From Actinomycetota bacterium (GTDB lineage Bacteria > Actinomycetota > UBA4738 > HRBIN12), in the NCBI GenBank assembly GCA_040002535.1, contig JBDUEF010000002.1:1-50483 (forward strand): DNA of 50,483 nt, written 5' to 3'. Numbering within the stretch: the stretch's first letter is position 1; each line of letters opens with the position of its first letter. Positions 27,269 to 34,225 of the stretch are shown here, one piece after another. The translations under genes were made by a program, and so were the position numbers. The notes beneath the pieces were generated by a model that was not told the origin of the DNA, searched no databases, and saw only the letters and a list, made by a program, of their open reading frames with translations.

Positions 27269-27379
27269 ATGATCGGTGTCGAGGTCCCTCTGCTGGATCA
27301 GGGGAGCGTGCAGTTCATCCTGTTCGGCGTGATGATCGTGGCGATCTGCATCGTGATGTGGATCACCATCGCGAAGTGA
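27269..27379 (+). CDS. 36-aa single-TM peptide (not in the ORF track)
   Basis: ATG with GAGGAG 6-11 nt upstream. Sequence MIGVEVPLLDQGSVQFILFGVMIVAICIVMWITIAK. It sits 13 nt after the preceding stop, and its 3' end overlaps the convergent rex stop by 17 nt. Confidence 0.4.
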   Translation: MIGVEVPLLDQGSVQFILFGVMIVAICIVMWITIAK

Positions 27380-28094
27380 CGCCGGGCGAGCGGCCGGGGA
27401 TGTCGGCGACGGCCCGGCCCCGGCGCTTCACCTCGGCCAGCGTCGCCTTCCGCTGCTCGTAGAACGCCAGGATCTGCAGCTCGATCGCCAGGTCCACCTT
27501 ACGGACGGACACGCGGGCGGGCACGGTGATCACCGCCGGCGCGAAGTTCAGGATCGATCGGATGCCTGCCGCCACCATCAGATGGGCCACCTCCTGCGCG
27601 GCTTGCGCGGGGGTGGCGATCAGCCCGATCGCGATGTCCTCGGCCTTCACCAGCGCGGGCAGGTCGTCGATGTGGTGGATCGCCATGCCGCCGGCCACCT
27701 CCCCCTCTTTGCCGGCGTCGGCATCGACGAGGGCTGCCACGCGGAACCCCCGCTCGGCGAACCCCTCGTAGTTGGCCAGGGCGAGGCCGAGGTTGCCGAT
27801 CCCGGCGATCACGATCGCCCAGTGCTGGGTGAGGCCCAGCTCGCGCCGGATCTGGTGGACCAGATAGGCCACGTCGTAGCCCACGCCGCGGGTGCCGTAG
27901 GAGCCCAGATGCGACAGGTCCTTGCGGACCTTGGCTGAGTTGACGCCGGCGGCCTCGGCCAGCGCGTCGGAGGAGACCGTCGTCGTGCCCGCCTCGGCCA
28001 TCTCCACCAGCGCGCGCAGATAGATCGGCAGTCGCCCCACCGTGGCTTCGGGGATCGAGCGTTCGCGGGAGGTCGACCGCTTGGGCGGCTGCAT
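27363..28094 (-). CDS. rex: redox-sensing transcriptional repressor Rex
   Basis: 243 aa. N-terminal winged helix IPEATVGRLPIYLRAL, Rossmann motif VIAGIGNLGLALANY, and NFAP near the C-terminus. Confidence 0.95.
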   Translation of the reverse strand: MQPPKRSTSRERSIPEATVGRLPIYLRALVEMAEAGTTTVSSDALAEAAGVNSAKVRKDLSHLGSYGTRGVGYDVAYLVHQIRRELGLTQHWAIVIAGIGNLGLALANYEGFAERGFRVAALVDADAGKEGEVAGGMAIHHIDDLPALVKAEDIAIGLIATPAQAAQEVAHLMVAAGIRSILNFAPAVITVPARVSVRKVDLAIELQILAFYEQRKATLAEVKRRGRAVADIPGRSPGVTSRW

Positions 28095-28100
28095 CGGGGG

Positions 28101-28106
28101 ATGCTA
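28101..28106 (-). promoter_or_regulatory. candidate -10 box TAGCAT of rex (would give a leaderless mRNA)
   Basis: The minus strand reads TAGCAT-CCCCCG-ATG. The hexamer ends 6 nt before the rex ATG. Confidence 0.4.
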
Positions 28107-28112
28107 GCGCGT

Positions 28113-28130
28113 TCGTGAAACGATTCGCAA
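28113..28130. promoter_or_regulatory. Rex operator-like site TCGTGAA-ACGA-TTCGCAA (2 mismatches), autoregulatory position
   Basis: Located 19-36 nt upstream of the rex ATG, immediately upstream of the candidate -10. Confidence 0.65.
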
Positions 28131-28150
28131 ATGCACAAGCGGGCTCGATC

Positions 28151-28402
28151 TCACGTGCGGGACCCCTGCGCCAGCCTGGCGAGCTCGGCCGGATCCACGT
28201 CCACCTCGAAGCGCTCCCGCCCGTCGACGGTCACCACGGGGATGCGGATGCCGTACTCGAGTTCGAGTCGCTCGTCGCCGGAGATGTCGACCTCGTCCAA
28301 CGCGAACGGGGTGCGGGCTCGCTGCGCCTCCAGCACCTCGCGCGCCCGATCGCACAACCCGCAACCGGGACGCGAGAACAGCACGACGACCACGGTCGGC
28401 AT
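28151..28402 (-). CDS. glutaredoxin-like small redox protein
   Basis: 83 aa. CGLC active site in VVLFSRPGCGLCDRA and a thioredoxin-fold ending IPVV.VDG. Confidence 0.85.
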   Translation of the reverse strand: MPTVVVVLFSRPGCGLCDRAREVLEAQRARTPFALDEVDISGDERLELEYGIRIPVVTVDGRERFEVDVDPAELARLAQGSRT

Positions 28403-28448
28403 GCTACCCGCCAGGGTCGGCCGGGTGCCGGGCTGCTAGAACAGGTGC

Positions 28449-29015
28449 GTGGAGGACGACACCCGCGACGACGTGCAGCTGCACGGGGCGCTCATCGGTG
28501 GTGAGCAGGGCGCCTTCGACGAGCTGTACCGACGGTACGCCCCCGCCGCCTACGGGCTGGCGTACCGCCTCACGGGCCAGCCGGCGCTCGCGCAGGACGT
28601 GGTGCACGACAGTTTCCTGGCCCTGTGGCGGGCGCCCGAGGCCTACGACCCGGTACGGGGCCCGTTCCGCACCTTCTTCTTGGCCCTGGTGCACCACCGA
28701 GCCGTCGACGCGATCCGCCGCGAGGAGCGGATGCGCGGCAGGAACCGCCGCGCGTCGAACCTCGAGCCCGTGACGGGCGAAGACGTTGCGGAGGGCGTGG
28801 TGGATGCGGCGCACCTGTCGGTGCGCCGTCGGGAGGTCCGGGAGGCGCTCGCCGGGCTTCCGCCCGACCAGCGCACGGTGCTGGAGATGGCCTACCTCGA
28901 CGGCCGCACGCAGTCGTGGATCGCCGAGGCGCTCGGTATCCCGCTGGGTACGGTGAAGACCAGGACGTTCGCGGCCATGAAGAAGCTCCGGGCCGTGCTG
29001 TCGCAGGAGGATTGA
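28449..29015 (+). CDS. ECF-type RNA polymerase sigma factor
   Basis: 188 aa with a GTG start. Region 2 (FDELYRRYAPAAYGLAYRLTG..ALAQDVVHDSFLALW) and region 4 HTH (QRTVLEMAYLDGRTQSWIAEALGIPLGTVKTR). Confidence 0.92.
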   Translation: MEDDTRDDVQLHGALIGGEQGAFDELYRRYAPAAYGLAYRLTGQPALAQDVVHDSFLALWRAPEAYDPVRGPFRTFFLALVHHRAVDAIRREERMRGRNRRASNLEPVTGEDVAEGVVDAAHLSVRRREVREALAGLPPDQRTVLEMAYLDGRTQSWIAEALGIPLGTVKTRTFAAMKKLRAVLSQED

Positions 29016-29741
29016 GTGGACGAGGATCACCAGCGGATCGAGGAGCTCCTGGCCGGCTACGCCCTGCGCAGCCTCTCCGGCGACGAGACCGCCGAGGTCG
29101 AACAGCTCCTGTCCCAGCACGTTGCCTCCTGTCCCACCTGCCCCGCCACTGTGCGCGACCTCCAGGCCGTGGCGGGCGACCTGGCGCTGAGCGCGGAGCC
29201 GATGGCTCCGCCCGAGATGCTGCTGCCGCGGCTGCACCGGGAGATGGGTGCGTCCCCCGCCCGGCGCAGGCCGGTGGCGGCCATGGCGGCCGCAGGCGCG
29301 ATCGTGGCGGTGGTGGGGATGACGGGTCTGGCGGTGAACCAGGGGATCCGCGCCTCGAACGCGGAGCAGCGCCGGGCATTGATGGGTGAGGCCCTGCGCG
29401 TGGCCAGCCGCCCCGACGCCAGCCACGTGCGGCTGGTGAGCACGGCGGCCTCGAGCGTGGCGGCGGCGCCCGTGGAGATCAGCGCGCCCGGTGTCGAAGT
29501 GATCTACCTGGTCTGCGACGGCGTGGCGCCTCCCGCCCCGGGCATGGTGTACCGGGTGTGGTTCGGTGAGGGCACCTCGTTCCGATTCGTCTCGTCGTTC
29601 GAGCCCGATCCCGGTGTGATGGTGCTGCGTCTGCGGTTCGATCCGTCCACGGTCGATCGGATCGTCATCACCGAGGAGCCGTCGGACCGAGCTCCGTCGC
29701 GGCCCGACCTGTCGGCCCTCCGTTGGAGCGACGCCGCCTAG
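29016..29741 (+). CDS. anti-sigma factor (zinc-finger HxxxCxxC, single TM segment, RskA-like C-terminal domain)
   Basis: 241 aa. The GTG directly follows the sigma factor TGA. Motif HVASCPTC, TM segment AAMAAAGAIVAVVGMTGLAV, and a C-terminal YRVWF segment. Confidence 0.85.
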   Translation: MDEDHQRIEELLAGYALRSLSGDETAEVEQLLSQHVASCPTCPATVRDLQAVAGDLALSAEPMAPPEMLLPRLHREMGASPARRRPVAAMAAAGAIVAVVGMTGLAVNQGIRASNAEQRRALMGEALRVASRPDASHVRLVSTAASSVAAAPVEISAPGVEVIYLVCDGVAPPAPGMVYRVWFGEGTSFRFVSSFEPDPGVMVLRLRFDPSTVDRIVITEEPSDRAPSRPDLSALRWSDAA

Positions 29742-31231
29742 ATCTGCGCCAGCCCTCGGAGGCTGAGGAACGCGCCGACACCCACGATGGCGGCGGCGGA
29801 GAGCACCGGCACCATCCGGCCCCAGAAGCTCGACAGCCTGGCCGCCATGGCCTCGCGGGCCTTGAGCGCGCCGAGCCCGATCACGATCAGGGCGGTCGCG
29901 AGTCCCACGCTGAAGGCGGCGACGAGCGACAGCCCGAACGCGACGCGGTGCGCGTCGATCGCCCCCAGCATCACGATCAGCGCACTCGGCGCCGGGAGGA
30001 TGCCGCCTGCGAGCGCCAGCGCCACCAATCCCTTGCGAGAGAGCGTCCCGCCCTCCGGCGCGAGGTGCGGGTGTGTGTGGCCCAGGGGCCCGTGGCCATG
30101 GTCGTGGTCCGCGTTCGCATGTTCATCCTCGGCGTCCACGTCGCCCGCGTGCACGTGCGCGTGGCTCCCGTCGCGGGCACGTCTGACCTCCATCCAGGCG
30201 CCGATACGGCCGATGAGCAGGTAGGTCCCGAGCCCGAGGGCGACGAGTCCGGAGGCGAGGCCGAGCCACGGATAGAGGGTCTCGGGGCGGAACGCGCTCT
30301 CCAGGGCCAGGACGGCGAGGCCGAGCGCCAACACAGACGCGGTGTGCATCACCGCGACGGCGGTGCCCACCGCCACCGCCTGACGGACCTTGGCGCCCGA
30401 GCTCACCATATAGGCGGCCATCAGGGTCTTGCCGTGCCCCGGGAGCAGCGCGTGCCACGCGCCGAACGCCACGGCCAGCAGCAGGGCCAGCGCCACTAGG
30501 GGCAGGCCCTGCTTCGTCACCAGGCCGGCGAAGGCGCCGCCCTCCACCCCGGGACGCGCGCCCAGGGCGCCGGACTCAGTTCCGCACGTGGTCGCCGGCG
30601 ACGCGTCCGAGGTCCCCGGTGCGACGTCGAAGCCGGCGGCGGTGACCTTCAGGGGACTCGCCAGCAGCTCGTTCGGGTAGCGCCGCAGCTCGTCGCTCAC
30701 GCTGGCCACAGGCACCGACGAGCCCGTCACGACGGCGCCGTCCACCCCGGCCGCGGTGATCTCGCGCCACCCGGTGCGGTCCGCGTCGGTGGTGTCCTCG
30801 ATCTCCACGTGCGCCCGGTCGGCGATGGGCGCGGTCAGGAGACCTTCGAATCGTGTGACGGGCAGCCCCGCCTGGCCCGTGCGGAACGCCGCGGTTCCAC
30901 ACTGGTACCGGAGACGGACGAGGGACGCGTCGACGTCGACGTGGAGACCGGCGGCGACGCTCGCTCCTGTGGCGTCGGCCCACGCCTGCAGCTCCTCGCC
31001 GCTCACGTTCCCGTCGCCGTCGGTGTCCTGCTCAGCGTGCAGCTGCTGGGTGGGGATCTCCGCGATGTCGATCGCGTACACCACACGCAGCTCGCCGGGG
31101 GCGGCCTCGACCCCCGCGTAATGGTTGACGGTGAAGTTGCCCAAGGGGTGCGCAGAGGCCACCGCGCCCGGCCACAGCGCGCCGGCGGCAGCCACGCCCA
31201 CCATCGCGAGCGCCCGACCGATCCGGGTCAT
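29738..31231 (-). CDS. RcnA/NicO-family metal (Ni/Co-type) transporter fused to an N-terminal secreted domain
   Basis: 497 aa. Signal peptide ending AVASA, followed by HPLGNFTVNHY. EF-hand-like loop DTDGDGNVSGEE. The C-terminal half has HALLPGHGKT, a His-rich loop (SHAHVHAGDVDAEDEHANADHDHGHGPLGHTHPH) and GGILPAPSAL, resembling the E. coli RcnA signatures as I recall them. Confidence 0.82.
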   Translation of the reverse strand: MTRIGRALAMVGVAAAGALWPGAVASAHPLGNFTVNHYAGVEAAPGELRVVYAIDIAEIPTQQLHAEQDTDGDGNVSGEELQAWADATGASVAAGLHVDVDASLVRLRYQCGTAAFRTGQAGLPVTRFEGLLTAPIADRAHVEIEDTTDADRTGWREITAAGVDGAVVTGSSVPVASVSDELRRYPNELLASPLKVTAAGFDVAPGTSDASPATTCGTESGALGARPGVEGGAFAGLVTKQGLPLVALALLLAVAFGAWHALLPGHGKTLMAAYMVSSGAKVRQAVAVGTAVAVMHTASVLALGLAVLALESAFRPETLYPWLGLASGLVALGLGTYLLIGRIGAWMEVRRARDGSHAHVHAGDVDAEDEHANADHDHGHGPLGHTHPHLAPEGGTLSRKGLVALALAGGILPAPSALIVMLGAIDAHRVAFGLSLVAAFSVGLATALIVIGLGALKAREAMAARLSSFWGRMVPVLSAAAIVGVGAFLSLRGLAQI

Positions 31232-32559
31232 CGCGCGCGCCCCAACGATCGCAGCGTCGCCTGCGCCTCGTTCGCGTAGCGGATCGAGAAGAACGGGTTG
31301 ATGGCGAGCGCCTCCGTGAGGAGCCGGCCGGCCTGGTCGCGGTCACCCAGCGCCAGCTGGATCATGCCCGCGTGGAACAGCAGTTGCGCGTTGCGCGTGC
31401 CGAGCGAGAGCGCCCTGCGCGAGTAGCGTTCGGCCGCGCGATCCTCGCCGTTCGCGTGCAGCGCCCAGGCCAGCGCGTCGGCCACCAGGATCGAATGGCG
31501 CCGGTCCCACTCGGCGCGCGCGGTCTGCAGGGCCGTCGCGGTGTCGCCGTGATCGGCTTGGAACAGCGAGAGCTCCAGGTCCACGTTCACGCCGTTGGAG
31601 GTGAACAGGCGCTGGATCGTGGCGACCAGATCGAACTGCTGCTGGGCCAGATCCGTCCGGCCGGTTAGCTCGTAGAGGTCGCCGAGCGCGATCACGTACT
31701 CGGGCGACGGGTACCGCTGCGTCACCTCGGTGTAGCGGGCGGTCGCCTCCGCGACGTCGCCACGAGCCCACGCGACCTTCGCGAGGCCCGCCTGCGGGGG
31801 CACGAACGCCGGCGCGAGGTTCGTGGCGAGCCGGTACTGCTCGGCCGCCCTCCCCACTCGTCCGCTGTTGAAGTACAGCTCGCCGAGCTGGTTCGCCGCC
31901 CATGCGCGGTCCAGGGGGGTCCCGGCGAACGCCTCGGCGCCGCTCATGGCCTCGATCGCCCCGGCCACGTCTCCCTGCAGCTCGCGCGCGTACGAGATGC
32001 GGGCGTAGGAGGCCAGATCCGGTCGGGTGTCGACCATAGTCTGGAAGGTGGCGAACGCCTCGTCGTAACGCCCGAGCTCCACCTGGGCGTCCCCGATCAC
32101 GCCGTACACGCTCCCGTTGTACGGGTTCACGGCCTTCGCTCGCTCGCCCCAGTCGAGGGCAGCCGCGAAGTCATGGCGGGCGGCGGACAGCGCCGCCATC
32201 CCCACCATCGCTTCGAAGTTGTCCTGCCCGTGGAGATCGAGGGAGCGTTGAAGAACGCCCTCGGCCTTCGGGTAGTAGGTCGGGTCGGCCGTGACGCGCG
32301 CCTCCTGCACGTAGGCAAGACCCAGCGACGCGTAGGACTTCCAGTCCTGCGGGAAGACCTGCAGCCGGGCCTGGAGAGCGGTGATCGATCCCTGCAGGGA
32401 CCCCGCAGCCGCCGCGGGCGCCAGCAACGTGGATGCGCCGGGCGCCGCCACGGCGTCGGCGCTCGGCTTCCCGCCTCCGCGCGTCACCGACAGGGCGGCG
32501 ACGAGGAACAGGCCGACCGCCACCACGGAGGCGATGCCGATCCGTCCGAGCTTGCTCAT
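31228..32559 (-). CDS. membrane-anchored tetratricopeptide-repeat protein
   Basis: 443 aa from MSKLGRIG, with GGAGG 6 nt upstream. One N-terminal TM segment, then repeated TPR-like helical pairs. The stop overlaps the transporter start (ATGA). Confidence 0.82.
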   Translation of the reverse strand: MSKLGRIGIASVVAVGLFLVAALSVTRGGGKPSADAVAAPGASTLLAPAAAAGSLQGSITALQARLQVFPQDWKSYASLGLAYVQEARVTADPTYYPKAEGVLQRSLDLHGQDNFEAMVGMAALSAARHDFAAALDWGERAKAVNPYNGSVYGVIGDAQVELGRYDEAFATFQTMVDTRPDLASYARISYARELQGDVAGAIEAMSGAEAFAGTPLDRAWAANQLGELYFNSGRVGRAAEQYRLATNLAPAFVPPQAGLAKVAWARGDVAEATARYTEVTQRYPSPEYVIALGDLYELTGRTDLAQQQFDLVATIQRLFTSNGVNVDLELSLFQADHGDTATALQTARAEWDRRHSILVADALAWALHANGEDRAAERYSRRALSLGTRNAQLLFHAGMIQLALGDRDQAGRLLTEALAINPFFSIRYANEAQATLRSLGRAR

Positions 32560-32647
32560 CCCGGTCCTCCTGCGGTCAAGCGGTTGCACGTCGTCCCCGG
32601 GTGGTGCCGGGGGCCGGCCGCGTCGCGGCCGGCCCCCGTTCGGTGCG

Positions 32648-34036
32648 TCAGTGCGGGTCGGGATCCGAGCCCGAGTGGGGGTAGCCCACGTACGGGAACT
32701 CGGTGTTGAACGCGACGTCGTTCGCGTCCACCCCGTCACCGATCGTGTCGGCAAGTGCCTGGTGGGGCTCGAGCAGAACCCCCAGCACCGCCCGGAGCGA
32801 GATGTCGACGACATCGTCGGACAGACGGCGGCCGTTCGGGAACCCGGCCAGGTCGCCGCCGATCACGCCGAGGCTGGAGCAGGCGTCGGTGCACGGCGGG
32901 ATCGCCATGTTCAGACGCAGCAGCTCTGAGGCCACGACGTTACTGGGCTGGTTGACCCCGGGAACGCCCGTCAGGAAGACCTGGATCAGGTCGTCCCGCT
33001 GGATCCCCGGTGTGTTGGGGTCGGAGTCCGGAACCTCGGTGCCGTAGACCGCGTTCAGCAGGTGCGGCAGCTCGGGGTCGTTGACGGCCGGCAGGAACTG
33101 CTGGTCGTTCTTCGGCTTCGACGCGTTGAAGTAATCCTTCGTACCGACGGGCACGACGACCTCGTTCACCAGCGGGTTGCCCAGGCGCGAGACCTGCACG
33201 TTGTGGCCGGAGAACGACTGGGTGCCGTCAGCGTACTGCGCGCGGATGCTCGGCCGGCTGGCCGTGCTCCAGATGCCGATCTTCTGGTTCCCGTTCGGTC
33301 CCTTCAGGGCCTTCTTCGGCACCTGCAGCGCCATCGTGTTCACGTTGAAGCCGGCGAGCGTGTCGTCGCCGACCTCGGACAGGTTCGCCCCGTACAGCAG
33401 GTCGAACACACGAAGGTCGAGGAAGAACGGGTCATCGGACTGTCCGACCCAGCTGTAGCTGGGAGCGTCGCCGAACGACTTCGTGGCGGCGTCGAACAGG
33501 TTCGAGTTGTAGCCCGGCATCGAGGCGCTGCCGACATTGCTCGGTGCCACCTTCTGGTCGTTGAGGATGAGGCGGCTGCCGTTGGAGGTGATGCGCGACA
33601 GATCGTAGGTCTGGTAGATGTTCAGATCTGCGTCGCCCAACGACCTCACCCGGCCGGTGTTGTAGAGGAAGGTGTTCTCGCTCCGGTAGTGGGTGGTGAA
33701 CTTCCAGCGGTAGGTGACGTCGGCCGATGCGCCGCCGTCATTGTCCACGTGGATGTCGTAGTTCGTGTTCTCGGCCCACTGGTAGAAGTTCGGGCCACCG
33801 GCCGGCTCCTCGAATGGGATCCAGGAACCGATCAACGTGACCGTGTTGGGCCGGTCGGGACTGACGAACGCGTACAGGTCCGTCTGGTCGATCTGCGGAT
33901 CGGCTGAGGTCAGCGGGGCTTCACGGTGACTGGATGCTACGCCGGGCGTGGATCCGAGCCCGGCGAACAGGCCTGCGCCCAGCGCCGCTGCCGCCGCCAC
34001 CGCAACGAACCGCGTGCGGATGCGTGTGGATGACAA
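32648..34036 (-). CDS. secreted DUF4331-family protein
   Basis: 462 aa from TTG 34036, with AAGGAG 7 nt upstream. Signal peptide ...GSTPGVA, then the SSHREAPL start typical of DUF4331. The internal segment DDPFFLDLRVFDLLYG and a C-terminal FPNGRRLSDDVVD are also family-like as I recall them. Confidence 0.82.
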   Translation of the reverse strand: MSSTRIRTRFVAVAAAAALGAGLFAGLGSTPGVASSHREAPLTSADPQIDQTDLYAFVSPDRPNTVTLIGSWIPFEEPAGGPNFYQWAENTNYDIHVDNDGGASADVTYRWKFTTHYRSENTFLYNTGRVRSLGDADLNIYQTYDLSRITSNGSRLILNDQKVAPSNVGSASMPGYNSNLFDAATKSFGDAPSYSWVGQSDDPFFLDLRVFDLLYGANLSEVGDDTLAGFNVNTMALQVPKKALKGPNGNQKIGIWSTASRPSIRAQYADGTQSFSGHNVQVSRLGNPLVNEVVVPVGTKDYFNASKPKNDQQFLPAVNDPELPHLLNAVYGTEVPDSDPNTPGIQRDDLIQVFLTGVPGVNQPSNVVASELLRLNMAIPPCTDACSSLGVIGGDLAGFPNGRRLSDDVVDISLRAVLGVLLEPHQALADTIGDGVDANDVAFNTEFPYVGYPHSGSDPDPH

Positions 34037-34225
34037 GACATGACTCCTTCGTGTGTGGGGTCTCTCGAGACACCGCTCACCTCGGGTACGCACGGCGGGG
34101 ATCCGCCGCGAACCGATCTATCCCCCTTTCCAGGTGAGGCCGCGATGTGCGTAGGGCATTCGCGGGATGGGGACGAGCGGATCAAGATCCGTCGATGTTG
34201 CAAGCCGTTGCAGCGGGACGTTGGG

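Noticed and set aside
34040-34042. The ATG within GAAGGAGTCATGTC, just upstream of the DUF4331 gene, as its start
   Set aside because: That ATG is in a different frame and does not lead into the signal peptide or the SSHREAPL sequence. The in-frame TTG at 34036 does, and it sits 7 nt from AAGGAG.
34140-34165. The string CCATCCCGCGAAT in the DUF4331 leader, which reminded me of an ECF (SigK-like) -35/-10 pair
   Set aside because: The two halves are only about 3 nt apart, which is incompatible with any -35/-10 spacing. I also cannot verify the consensus from memory, so no promoter call is made.
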